The notes: generated from the letters alone by a model not told the origin. 63,365 nucleotides of DNA, filler included, from Licmophora abbreviata (GCA_900291995.1; 7 parts of 7 records of this genome joined end to end with filler, not necessarily neighbours in it), one strand, 5' to 3'. Counted from the first letter of the whole stretch, positions 43,965 to 56,180 are shown. Translations and numbers: made by a program.

Positions 43965-46900
43965 CTAATTCGTTCCACTAGTAGCCGCCGGCAAGGATGG
44001 GGCCATGACTGTATCCACTTGGTCGCTTGGTGGAGCCTCAGCGGAGGCCGGAACGTCGTACGATGCGCGGTTCGTAGACTCGGAGCTTCCATTTTCATTC
44101 GACGTGTCGATGCCTGCCTGTGGCGAGGGCTCGACGGGCTCTGATGGAAGGAGCGGAACCGGTTGAAGGGCCGAGGACTCCGATGGAAGTCCCGCCACTG
44201 AAGCAGCAGCAGCAGGTGCTCCAGAATTGAGTGACGTTGATGACACGTCCAAAGGACTGGCTTGAACCGTATTTGACGTCGGGAGTGTCGCGGCGCCAGC
44301 GGGTGGTTCCGCTGGAGCAGTCGACCCTGTCGTTGTGTTGTGTTTCACAACGCCACTTGAAGCGTCGTCATAAGCGGAACTCGTCTTCTTCATTACGGGA
44401 GTGGCGGACCTGTCCGAAGAAGGCGTCGCCCCGGTTTGTGAGCCTCCCTGAATGTCATCTACACTCGGCGACTCGACTATTACTTCCTCTTCTCCTCTCG
44501 CCACGGCTTCTGCTCTCGCTTTGAGAGCTGCCAGGTCTTTGGCTCCGCGTCCCATACCGCCCGAAGAAATCCGACGCTGTTGATCGCCGTTTACAGGACG
44601 ATGTGGGGGGAGCGAAAAAGTTTGCTTATTCGCATCATCCCCTTCTTGCAGCGGGTTCACCTTGGTAGACGCCACCGACTCCGCCCGAAACGCTTCCTTC
44701 TCCTTGGACTCGATTTTTTGTGCGCCCTCCAGAATGCTCTTACACGTAAAGTCGTGCAAAGAACGCAGGATGGAAGGCGCGACAGGATACACCTGGTCAA
44801 AGGATGAGAATAATGCACATTCATACGCAAGCCTCGATTCCGAGCCCGCTGCCGCTTCGCCGAACGCTCCCCGTGCGCTTGACAAATATGACGCGACATC
44901 AATCGGATTGATTTTGCGCTTCTGAGAGAAGTTCACTTCAGATTGAGACGGACTAGGCTTGGAAGTTGTCGCTGGTGTTGCAGGAGATTGTTTCTCTCCA
45001 GCCGCCATTCTTCCGGCCAGTATTGAACTTCGAGAAAGGGATAACGCAGGCAAAGTATGACGCTCTTGCGTGGATTCGGTGTACTTCAAAGTCTTCTCGA
45101 AAACAGATCTGAGATATTCGCGAACAGCGACGATAAAAAGCCAGATTGCATTCTCGGTGACTTTCATACCGTCGTGTTTCTTGACGATCGAGCGGACAGT
45201 CGGATCAACGATCAGGGCTCCGGGTATATGTAAAGACGCCCGCCCCTCACTCGTCGTGATATTCTGAGCTTTGACCCGCGGAAGCATGCTTTGCGTTCTT
45301 TGCGCAATATCGAAAGACACGAAATTGTTGATTGCTCCGGCAATCCAGACGTCTGTCGAAGGCAAGAGAAGCGAGATAGATTAGTCAATGCCTAGGAAAG
45401 AAATGCAACGAGAAAGGATGTCAAATGCGGGTCAACAATCGTACCTGATGACAAGGAAAAGTCTGATCTAAGGCTCAGAGCGACCGGAGTGATGACCTGA
45501 TGGGGGGACAATGATCGGGGTTTTGAGTCGACTAGCGTTTCCTCTGTTGGAACCTCGTCACTAACAATGCGCAGTCGATTTCGCCACGGTTTGGGAACGC
45601 AATCGGGTATACGTCGATCGTCCGAGTGCACATTGAAGCAACGTTCCAAAAGAGCTTTGTACGCGGGGACCAGTCGACAACATGTAAGTATACGGCATGC
45701 GTTCAGCAAAAGTCCGGATCGTGCTGGCACCTCACTTACCCCTAACAAGCAAATTGTGAAGCTTGCGCATATGCTTGGTAGCTAGAAAAGTGTCAAGAAC
45801 CGACCTTGCATCCTCCAATGATGCGATGCCTTGTCTGTCGCTATTCATCATATCGTGGCAAACATAGCGCGATACGGTATCCCAATAGTTGACAAACATT
45901 GTACCACCCCCCTTGACTCCGTGTGCGCGAACACTTGCGTTGAATATTCGTATGCGGATCTTCTCTATAGCCGGGAGCTGCAAATACGATGATCTGCTTT
46001 GTAGACTACTTTTCGGCATCACCCCGTTGACAAACGAATTACTCCTCATATGAAACGTCCCTTCTCGCGACTCGCTTCGTGATTTCTTCGACAGCCGAGA
46101 TGGTTGAACGAGGAGCGGTGCCGTATCAGCAATAACTGTAGCTTCGTCACGTGGTCGCTTCCGTGACTTCGTGTCAGTGTTGACGGCCCCTGATGGTGCA
46201 GAAACATTGGTCGTCTGCTCCAGCACAATGTTTCGTTCTTGTTCTTCATCCGCGGACGGTGGCATTGCGTGACATTTTGACTTTGACGCAAGGCTGGGAG
46301 TTTCGGCGGCATGAGCGCCGTCTTGAGCCCCGTCGGCAGACGAATCAAGTGGCGATCGAACGCTGTCACCAGCAAACGACGGATTGCTTCGTTCTCCCTT
46401 TGACATACTCGAATCGAGCACCAGAGTTTGAGTATCAATACCAATTGGCAAACTCCCTTGTTCACTGTAGGCTGACAAGGTAGACTCAACAGGTCGCGGA
46501 GGCCTCTCCAATGGTACTGCTGAGGCTGTGCTCACTGGTAGCTCTACCGTACCCATTTCAGCCTCGGTTGTAGCCGAGCTGGAAGAGAGCTGACCTTTGT
46601 CCGACTCTTCCGTCTTCGCAACAGGCGCTTTAGCAGCTTCGCCGTCGACCTCATTTGAATCCGAAGGTGTCTCGAGAGGCACTTTCGGGTCATTACCACT
46701 TGAAGACTGAGTAATTTCATCCCGTGAGACGACCAGCACGTCTTTGCCGTTTGCGACTTCCTCCACGTCGTCTCTCTGTCCTCCAGGCTCAAGGACGTCA
46801 GCGGAGTTCTTAGATGATTCCGGAACGAATACTGAGGTTTCCGTTGGTGGGTTGCTCGCCTTCGTTGCTGCGCAAGCAGCATCCGCCAATGCAAGAAGAA

Positions 46901-47819
46901 AACTGGACGATGATGGCTGGGACTCGGAGGACGTATTTGCATTGACCGGGAGGTCCGGTTGCGATGCAAGTGCTATGGTATCCTCATCTGTTTTGCTCTT
47001 CGTCGTCCGCTCCCCGTCGGTCGTCGACTCAGATTGTATCTTGACCGATTGTGGTTCAGGGGCTGCAACTTCCTCGTTCGCTTCGCCTTTCTTGGTCTGC
47101 TTCCGATCGCTCGTCGATTCAGATGGACCTTCAACCGTTGGTATACCATCTGCTGGTAAGGAAGAATCGTGAGTCGACCCGGCAACATTGGAAGGCACAG
47201 GCAAAACTTGCACCGGGAGCGTATCATGTTCGGTCCCGTCGACCTTAGACGTTCCAGACATAGTTACATCTGTAGCGCTATCGGCCGTGTGTTTTTTCTC
47301 CGTACTATCTTGAGATACAACCGCTGTTGTCTTCACAACGCTCTTGTCGGACGGCGAAGCTTGTTGGACACCTTTGTGCACGTCTGCGCTCGAGTCCTCG
47401 GCAGGCGTCGCGCTCGCCTTCGATGTTGCTATTTCACTGTCAGATTCTCCATCTTCTATGTTTCCTTTACCCTGATGACCAGTATCTTCCATATCATGGC
47501 TATTATTGGCTTCGGAATCAGCGTCTGCTGAGAGTTCCCCTTCATCTCGCGAGACATTCCCAGTTGTCCTTGCTCGCTTCTTCCGTGACAGCCCAGTAGA
47601 AGGTGGAGGCGGAGTCGCGCGCCGCTTGCGACTGGATCGACGAAGTGCTGCTTGAGAACTTTGTTCTTCTTTCGCAGCGGCGTCAGCCTTGGTCTCGTGT
47701 GAGGCATCCTCGTCATGGTGGATGCTGGAAAGAGGAGATGACGGTGGTGGAAGGGGCGACACGCCTTCGTCCGCTCGTGATCGTCGCGAAGCCGCTCGAC
47801 GAGCCCGCGTAGACCTCAT
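43965..47819 (-). CDS. Large low-complexity protein with a SAGA Ada1/Tad1-like histone-fold region; exons 47819-45740, 45654-45445, 45352-43965
   Basis: In-phase GT-AG introns. YWDTVSRYV...KLHNLLVR|ALL and IPGALIVDPTVRSIVKKHDGMKVTENAIWLFIVAVREYLRSVF resemble Tad1 segments; family call is tentative. Confidence 0.55.
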
Positions 47820-48387
47820 GATGAACTGACAGAAAAGTGTGTCTCAGCAAATAAGCGCAATGGCAAAGATCGTGTTTCGAATGCTTGCACTGTATAGCTC
47901 GGTACCCCAGTCTCTCAATAATAATATTGGCGACTTATTTCGAAAGACTATCGTTATAACTTGACGCAAAACAAAGAATCAACACCGCAAACTGCACTTG
48001 CGTCGCTACTTTTTTATTGCACAGGTAAGGTCTGCTGATGCCGGTACACAGAGATGTCGTCGCAGATCAGCAACTGCAAAGGACCGGCGCGGTCTTCACT
48101 GTGCTGTGGGCATCATGGTCGCCAACACAACACACAGCCGCGCATGTACCAGATAACGCGGGCCCGACGGACGGACCGCGGAAGAAGTCATGGAGAGAGT
48201 ACCCGGAGGTTAGCGTCCATCCCTCGCAGCGTCGCGGCGCTCTCATTTCGCAACATCACATCTCCATGGCATCATCACAGCGACATTCGGCACGCCTCCA
48301 CAGTTTCCACGATGACAATCGATGGAGCCGTATCGTGAGACGTGATTCGAAAAGGATCAGACGAGGGATACAGTAGCGAAAGAAGGC

Positions 48388-49311
48388 ATGTTTCTAAAGG
48401 TCTACAGTCATTTTTGTGTCGCACCATGTTTCATCTGGATGATGACCGTGTACGTTCAGGCCTTGCTGGCCGATGGATACATCTCATCTCATCAACTCGC
48501 GTTTGCACGCGGAGACTGCGGCGCAAGAGCTCTCATTCGACCAAGGCATAACAGAGTATCGCTCATCTTTCAAGAAAGATCCTCAATCTCATCAACCTGG
48601 CGGAACGACATCGACCCACCCTACTTGGCGCTCATTACCGAACCCGACGCTTGCGACACCGAAATTCGCATTCAAGAGACCGTCAATGCGGTCGAAAAGG
48701 CCATTTCTACCGAACAGAAACCTGCTTTGATTTCTGTTCGAACCGTTCGACCCGATACTGTGCCTCGCGACGACTACGAGTCGCGTGTCGTCGACCTGAC
48801 GGGCCGACTGATGGCCCTCTCTCATCGTGTCAGCCTTCGTGTCGTTGTCACAAGCGACTGGATTGCGGCGGCGAAACGAGCGGGCGCGCATGGGATTCAT
48901 GTCAAGGAGCGGGACCGGCCTTGTATCCCTGAAATCCGCCGTGAATTTGGCGGCGGAAATACTCTGATTGGAACGTCCGTGCATTCGGTGACATCTGCTC
49001 TGGACGCATTGCAGTACGAGCCCGATTACTTGTTCGTTGGGACATGCTATCCGACTGCGTCACATCCAGATAAGAAAGAGATGGAGGGTCCTGAGCTGCC
49101 TGGGACAGTGAAAAGGGCCATAGCACAGAAGCTGGTAGGCCAGGAGGTCGATCGACGACCCGTTGTCTTTGCCATTGGTGGAATCGACGAGTCGAACTGC
49201 AAAGTACCTCTAGTTCATGGTGCGGATGGAGTTGCGGTGATTCGATCCGTGTTGCAAGCGGCAGATCCTGCAGAGGTAGTTAACAATATGTTTCGCATCA
49301 TGCGGAACTAG
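48388..49311 (+). CDS. Thiamine-phosphate synthase/TenI family protein with N-terminal presequence
   Basis: GAHGIHV, IGTSVHS, DYLFVGTCYPTASHP, VFAIGGID, GADGVAVIRSV. Confidence 0.8.
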   Translation: MFLKVYSHFCVAPCFIWMMTVYVQALLADGYISSHQLAFARGDCGARALIRPRHNRVSLIFQERSSISSTWRNDIDPPYLALITEPDACDTEIRIQETVNAVEKAISTEQKPALISVRTVRPDTVPRDDYESRVVDLTGRLMALSHRVSLRVVVTSDWIAAAKRAGAHGIHVKERDRPCIPEIRREFGGGNTLIGTSVHSVTSALDALQYEPDYLFVGTCYPTASHPDKKEMEGPELPGTVKRAIAQKLVGQEVDRRPVVFAIGGIDESNCKVPLVHGADGVAVIRSVLQAADPAEVVNNMFRIMRN

Positions 49312-49612
49312 CTGCTTCTTTTTCGAACTGCGATATAAATCGAAGCTCGCCGATGCTGCGGTATGCCGGAGCATGTGACTGTCGCCGCCATTCACGCTCG
49401 CATCGTACAGGTCTCGATCTCAAGCTTGCTTCCTCTTCTTTCGATGGACGCTTTGCTTAGTTTAGCAATGATAACATCGATAGCGAGGTCTAGGAGCGCG
49501 AAAAGGCTAATTGCACGGCTCAACGCGAACAGTTCGGTCCACGCGAACCAACATTCTCGTCTCATCTCGTGTCGCCGGCGGTGATGATGATGTCAAAGAT
49601 ACGCTATCGACA

Positions 49613-51209
49613 ATGATGTACAGCTGCAACATCCGATCCTTGTCCCACCACCAGCCTCTGCTCTCGAGACGTCCCTCTCTCTTTGCACTCCTCGTCCTCT
49701 TTGCCTCCGTAACCTTTGCTCGAGCAGAAGCGTTCGCTGGCGGGCTTTTTCCCATCGAAAATAGAATGTCCCTACGAAAGAACAAGGCCATGGCGCCCAG
49801 CCCCGCAAGGACGGAACCGGTAGTCGGCCCGTCGGCTAACAAAGCAACAGTAGCTTTGTTGGCTGGTGGATCACAGGAGGCTCCCCCTATCAAAAAGCCT
49901 CGCATCTCGGCGTTCGACTCGCTTCGCTTCTTTCTGATCACACAGATTGTCGTGGCACATTTCGTTACGTTTGCGGGTCCGTCGCCCTTGGCGAGCAGGT
50001 TCATTCTGCAGCACAACGTTGCTGTCGGAGCCTTCTTTGCAATTAGCGGATATGTAACTGCCTACACCAGCACGGAACTGGGAAAGTACGAAGCGAGTCC
50101 GAAGCTCTCTCCGAGCCCCAAGTGGATCCTTTCTCGCATCTTCGGATACTACCCGCTTCACTTGCTCATCCTCGCTCTGTTTTCTCCCATGTTTCTGTAC
50201 GCTGACGTGCATTACAATGGATGGCCGATCGCCTTGTGGCATGGGTTCCTCTCGGTCACCTTGACGTAAGTTCTGGTATGATGTCATATTTCCAGAGTCA
50301 AACATATCTGTCGCTTGTCTCTTGTTGTTGTTGTCTTGCTTGTCGCTTCGACTCATCGCAGGCCACACTACTGCCATACGCCCTAATATTGTAACTTCTG
50401 TTTGAATCTCAGGCAAGCTTGGTTTCCCATGCACGCTGAAGTTTGGAACGCGCCTACATGGTTCCTCTCCTCGTTGAACTTTGCTACCGCGGTCATGCCT
50501 TTTGGTCTCCCAAGCTTATCCAAGATGACCAAGGCGCAGCTGCGCAAAACTGCTGGTGTCCTCTTCCTCACCGGACTGCTCCCCAAGATTGGCTACTGTT
50601 ATGATCACAACGCTTGGACGTTCATGGAAGGAACCATGTCGCCCAAGACAATGCCCAACCTGGCAATCTTCAATGCACAGCGCTTCACTCCATTCCACGC
50701 GACGATTGAAGTTCTCCTGGGAGCCGTCGCGTGCCGTTTGGTCATGCTGGATGGGGTAGACGAGGAAACGAAACCTGCGACAAGCGGCTTGAGCACAGTG
50801 GCTCCCCTTGCCGCCATGGTGGGCATCACAGCCTTACGTGCCTTCGAGATAGTAGGNNNNNNNNNNNNNNNNNNNNNNNNNNNNNNNNNNNNNNNNNNNN
50901 TTAATTAATTAANNNNNNNNNNNNNNNNNNNNNNNNNNNNNNNNNNNNNNNNNNNNCGTGGCACTGGGTGGACTGTCGTTTCCCATGTTTATTACTCATG
51001 GACCAATCGGACAATTGTTCTACAAGAAGGTTATTGCCAAGCAGCTCTTTGGGGGTCCCATGCACGTTGTCAAGGGCACGTGGTTCTTCTACGTATATCT
51101 TGCCTGTGTAATGGCGTCGGCTGTGGTGTTGAAGAATACCTTCCTCAGTAGCAAGGCCGTCAGTACATGGTCTAAGAATAGCGTGACCAAACTGTCGTCG
51201 TACTTTTAG
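49613..51209 (+). CDS. Acyltransferase-3 (OafA-like) membrane protein; intron 50266-50412, interrupted by gap
   Basis: RISAFDSLRFF...VVAHF, VGAFFAISGYV, RIFGYYPLH, WNAPTWFLS, LSFPMFITH; signal + AEA|F presequence. Confidence 0.8.
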
Positions 51210-51426
51210 AAAGGCAGGGCCGTCGTGGAGAGTGACAATGCAGAAACTGATAAAACAAAAGTGTAAAACAAACCTGCTACTACGCCTAAGCGGAGACTAA
51301 TCCAACGTGCCTCGACAAATACATGCTACTTTAGAAGACGACGAGAGTCAGCAGTGTCGTCGACTCAGTGTCGTCCGACTGCCACTCTAACCCCACCAAA
51401 ACACTAGACTACCCCATCATATAGTC

Positions 51427-51915
51427 CTAGTGATGCGCACTAGCATTTTCATCGGGAATGTGAAGCATTTTGAAGAAGAGTCCGAGGTCCTTGATATAGT
51501 AGGTGTTTTTGTCATTGTGAATGGTGAACCAGTACATGGCATGAGTCTCGGGATCTTGATATCCGACGACCCTATTGTCCATGCGGGAGGGGATCAAAAT
51601 GGGCGATGAGAAGGAGCCCGCTCCCTCGGGAGGCACCAATCCAAGATCATTGTATCCTTCCATATTCTTTTCTTCGAGCTCGTCGAGATCGTCAATGGTA
51701 TTCAAGCCTAGCTCTTCCATGTCCTTTTTGAGATCGGCAGGAACAAAGTCAGGAATTCCGCCTTTTGGCGTTTTTCGGTCCTTGTCCGTTGGAATCAGTT
51801 CATCTGCACCGCCCAGAATCTTATCGAGTCCAAAGGGAAGATTGCCTCCGGCGAATGTCCGCTTGGAGGTGGACACGACGGTCTCACGGTGCCGGCAGGC
51901 AACCCGTGTTGCACT
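51427..51915 (-). CDS. Cytochrome c oxidase subunit 5b-like protein (first exon unresolved)
   Basis: ELEE...GSFSSPILIPSRMDNRVVG...YWFTI...GLFFKM follows the COX5B pattern GTxxxPxLVPSxxxxRIVG...WFxL...GxxYKL; Arg-rich presequence. Confidence 0.65.
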   Translation of the reverse strand, partial: SATRVACRHRETVVSTSKRTFAGGNLPFGLDKILGGADELIPTDKDRKTPKGGIPDFVPADLKKDMEELGLNTIDDLDELEEKNMEGYNDLGLVPPEGAGSFSSPILIPSRMDNRVVGYQDPETHAMYWFTIHNDKNTYYIKDLGLFFKMLHIPDENASAHH

Positions 51916-52491
51916 GGGAAACAGAACGAGAAAGTCGATAAAAGTGCAAGAAATTGTGAGAAAATCTTCCAGGAGTGATCAAGGCACGTAACGATTCATT
52001 GTAAGGGACACAGTGAGAGCCTCAGATGCATCCAAAACCCCCAACGACGGTCTCCAGCACTACCATCAACTCCAGCATGTAGTCACAACAGTAAGCTGGA
52101 TCGGCACTTTCGCTCGAATCGTTGGACTCAGTACGTAGAGCTCAGTAGACTCTGTACGTGACACGTCTGCAAGCGACAACCCCGAATGCGAACGCTGCTC
52201 CATTGGATCGCTTCTGCGGCGCTAGTGGCTACGATCTTTTCCCTGTTTATTCTCAACATGAGTAAGAACCGAAACAGATCGTCAAGTATAGACTTACGAG
52301 CGAACAGTGGCAGCAAACATGGTCTCCGATCCTCCCTCCGTGGTTCTGTGTGCATGCTGCGCGGTGGAGGATGGTCAAGCCTACCACGCACGTAGATTGC
52401 GGTACACACTGTACGTAGAGATCGCCTTCGTAGAAACGTACCAGAATCTGTCGTAAAACATTCAACTGGGTGCGAGCTATGAAGTACCATT

Positions 52492-53364
52492 ATGCCAGCG
52501 CAGAGCTCGATATTTGCCGCGACATCCGCGAGACATCCAAAGATCATCACGACCATGGCGGAGGATATCACCGCCGTTGCCCGCCTCGGCGACGCTGATG
52601 GCGGTTGGCTCGAATTAACAGACCGCAAACAGAAGAGTCGACTGCTGTATACGAATCCGGTGTGCTTTCTGTCCACTGTCACCTCCAACACTGCCACTAC
52701 GAATGCCGTCGACAGTATTTGCCCACCCCATTATTCTCGCAACAAGAATAGGAACGTCATGATTGTCTCGTGGCTCACGGCCACCAACAATTTGGGAGGC
52801 CTCGTCTTTAGCATCCACAAGAGTCGACACACTGCGAGTCAATTGTGTGCGTCTACCAAATTCGCCTTGTCGGTGCCTGTACAGGGAATGGAAGACTTGG
52901 TGAGAGATGTTGGACACACGTCGGGGAGGTTTGGAAGTAAGTTTCGATCGGATCATGATTCCGTCCAGATACAAGAGCTCAATACCATTCTCAAACATCC
53001 ATTCTCGGAGGAGCGCATGAGCAAACGACAGAAACGCAAATTGGAGAAAGAACGACTCTCCTGTGGTATCCCCAATCTCCATGCGGTCAAGTTGGGTACA
53101 GACGAGCGAACGACGACAAGTGACCCAGAGCTGTTTGCGATTCAAGGGTGCGTGGCGCACATGGAGTGTTGCATTCGAAGCGTTATGAAAGATTGTTCCA
53201 TGGTGGACGAACAACATTTGCTCGTTGCAGCGGACGTAACGAAAGCCTTTGTGAAAATGTCGTATTGGGATGTCTCCATGAACTTGTTTCGGCCTACTGA
53301 CGGTATGCCGCCCTATCTGACTTTCTTTGGCTCTCAAACGTTTGGCTATGTGGTAACGAAATGA
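52492..53364 (+). CDS. Flavin-reductase-like FMN-binding split-barrel protein
   Basis: SRLLYTNPVCFL, NVMIVSWL, RHTA, FALSVP, VGHTSGR, GCVAHMEC, HLLVAADV. Confidence 0.7.
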   Translation: MPAQSSIFAATSARHPKIITTMAEDITAVARLGDADGGWLELTDRKQKSRLLYTNPVCFLSTVTSNTATTNAVDSICPPHYSRNKNRNVMIVSWLTATNNLGGLVFSIHKSRHTASQLCASTKFALSVPVQGMEDLVRDVGHTSGRFGSKFRSDHDSVQIQELNTILKHPFSEERMSKRQKRKLEKERLSCGIPNLHAVKLGTDERTTTSDPELFAIQGCVAHMECCIRSVMKDCSMVDEQHLLVAADVTKAFVKMSYWDVSMNLFRPTDGMPPYLTFFGSQTFGYVVTK

Positions 53365-53554
53365 CGAGGCAATAGATATAATTGCTATGAATGTTGTCGA
53401 CGATTATGGATTTCGGCACGCAATGACGACGAGAAATTGACGGAACGTCTGCCCAACCATGCGTCGCAAAGAGGTTTTGCAATGTTTGGGAGGCGTCCTC
53501 TCATCGGCGCGACGCCGCCACAGTGCCGTATCATTCTGTGATGTGTTAACCATC

Positions 53555-54702
53555 ATGAACGACCCAAAAGAGATATTAATGCGAGAACTTGCTGCTCTTT
53601 TAGGCTTTGGCGATGCCGTGGAAGATTTGCTGGAGCATTTGCTGTCGATTGAATCTTCAGAGGTGAGTGTGTAGACGCGACACTTCGAACGCAGTGAGAC
53701 GGCGCCATCACAACACTTGTCGTCTCAAAACGTCCGACCGTCTACTGTGCTCATAATATATTGCGTTTTGCTTGTTGGAGAAAGGACCTGTATGATTACC
53801 TTTCACAGCTACTTGGGGTGAAAAACAAAAGCCTTAAGTCGTTTGTAGAGGACGTAGCTCGATTCAAAAGAGGCGAGGCCTTGCAGTCCTTGTTGTTATT
53901 GCATGATGACGGTGGTGCTCCGCCGGCGAAAGCTCCAGCGGCGACCACGACCAACGATTCCAAGCCTGCTGCACGATCGGAGCGAAGCCTCATGAATGGT
54001 AAAGTCACATCGTCCGTAGCAGTGCCCGGCAACAAGCCTACTGCTGCGTCGAAAAGCAAGGTTCCGCCAGCTCGAAAGCCACCACCAATAGCATCAGCAA
54101 CAGCAGATCGAACGACAACAAAGAAGAAAACTGTTGCACAACTAGTTGCACCAAAACAAAATACTCCCGCCGTTTCTTCCAAAACAACTTCTGAGCCTCT
54201 GCAGAAAGCTCCCAAGAAGTCACACCCACCCAAGGGCAAGGCGTCGATCGTATGTGGATGTTTCGGGACACAACACAAACCGCTGACAAATTGTCTCTAC
54301 TGTGGGCGCATCTCATGTGAACGCGAAGGCTTCGACTTTTGTCCTTATTGTGGCTTGCTAGTGGAGAAGATAGAAGGGTGAGTGCATTTTGTGGGTATGA
54401 CGGATGTGTTTGCTGACTCAATAAGAGGTGAGCCTCGTCGTACTCATATGTTTCTTTGTCGTAACTCCTGCAGCTCACACGGCAATGACGACAAGGCCTG
54501 GCAACACAAAGAGCGTCTTCTGCGTTTCGACCGAGACTTTGCTCGTCGCACAGAAATATTGGATGACCAGGCTGACTACTATCGCAGGGAGACATCGGCA
54601 TGGCTTACGCAAGAGGAACGAACCGAAGCATCCGAGAAGGAATCGGAACGACATGAAGGCATGCATTCGAGGCAAAAGCAGACGTTAAACTTGCAGCTCT
54701 AG
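53555..54702 (+). CDS. TRIP4: TRIP4/ASC-1/Rqt4-like zf-C2HC5 protein; exons 53555-53662, 53785-54377, 54474-54702
   Basis: CGCFGTQH...NCLYCGRISCEREG...CPYCG; KERLLRFDR...TEILDDQADYY. Confidence 0.85.
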
Positions 54703-54954
54703 AGTAGACTGTGTCTGGTACACTTTATGTGCTAGGAAACTAACGTGAATGATGGCAATAGGGGCTGCGTTTGTACTATTCCGGTCCGGGACGCCTCATG
54801 GTTGCGCGCTCGACTGCTGCCTCATCGCGCGTTCATCGAAGTTCGAAACGAGAAAAAAACAAAATGACGACCGCGTTCACATACATCCTCGGCCTTTCAC
54901 CACATCCCCTCGTCCCCCGTCAGAACTCTCCTTCCTTTTTCTTTTATGCTCACA

Positions 54955-55858
54955 ATGAGACGTCTCATTCTGTTCCTTGCATTGATAAATTGTTTCGTTC
55001 TTGATTTTGTTTCAGCCCAACAACAGCAAGATCCGACCACATTGAATGGTGGCTCCGTGTTGGCCATGGCTGGAGACGAATGTGTCGCCTTGGCTGTCGA
55101 TAAGCGCTTTGGAAGTGGACCACAGGTAAAACAATGATGCTGCGCTAGGGATACACCTACATACTAAAACATTTGCACGTCCTCATCATTTTTTGTGTCA
55201 ATGCCCTTGCCATCATCACCCCCGTCACTATACTGCACTGATGAGATAGATGGTCAATATTTCGCCCCGCCATGTGTTGACGCCACATTCCCACTTGATG
55301 ATTGCCTTTACTGGACTGGAGGGAGACGTACAATCGCTATCCCAAGAGCTTAGTATACAGATATCCGACAGATTGCAGCGAGGCAGCCTTGGATTCATGA
55401 TGAGTAGTGCATCTCGCACAGAGGTGTCACCCACGGCCATGGCGACGCTCACCAGTCATGTTTTGTATGGACGACGGCAAGCTCCGTATTACGTCGAACC
55501 GATCGTTGTGGGACTAATGGAAGCAAGAGGAGGAATAGAGAAGGATGACGATGACAAGGAAGCATCTTATACACCCACGAGGCGGCTATTGCGGCCCTTC
55601 TTGTGTTCGCACGATTTGTTGGGAGCCCAGTCGCGTTCAGAGGCATTTGTATGTTCCGGGGTGGCATCCAAGAGCTTGTACGGGACAGCCGAAGCGTTGT
55701 GGAGGCCCGGGCTGTCGAAAGACGAGCTGGCGCAAGTGTGCGGAAAAGCCTTCCTGAGTGCCTTGGAACGAGACTGCTTGAGTGGGTATGGAGCCATGGT
55801 GTATATCATCTCCCGAGACGGCATCGTGGAGTACGATCTGGTGGGTCGAAACGACTAA
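54955..55858 (+). CDS. 20S proteasome beta3-type subunit with N-terminal signal peptide; exons 54955-55125, 55250-55858
   Basis: NGGSVLAMAGDECVALAVDKRFG, GLEGDVQSL, PYYVEPIVVGL, LYGTAEALW, ERDCLSGYGA; leader MRRLILFLALINCFVLDFVSA. Confidence 0.9.
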
Positions 55859-56180
55859 TAGAACGAGAAAGTGCTTTCGTGGAGGTGCAGGTTGCAGCAA
55901 ACTGTCGTGCATGTAGGCGCGACGACACGATACTGGAGTGAAGACAATGTTTCGAAGGCATCGGCAAATCTGTCTTCGACAGACATGGCCCACTGACGAA
56001 GCTAGGAGCAGTCCGACGACACCCTCTTTTGAACTACTTTCAGCTGCTAGCACCGATACAGTACACAGGAAGTCACGCGCTATCAATCAAGATCGTACAG
56101 TGACACCCCATTCAAGAACAACATGCATATTCTCTCTGTTTCTCTCTCTCATGATTTCCCTGCTTAAGTAAAACAAATAA

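Noticed and set aside
47900..49500. TPP riboswitch near the ThiE-like gene
   Set aside because: No CTGAGA...ACCTG aptamer core found in the flanks by eye.
51352..51380. Short tandem duplication CAGTGTCGTC(C)GACT x2
   Set aside because: Two copies in a 3' intergenic region with no spacers; not CRISPR-like and no evidence of function.
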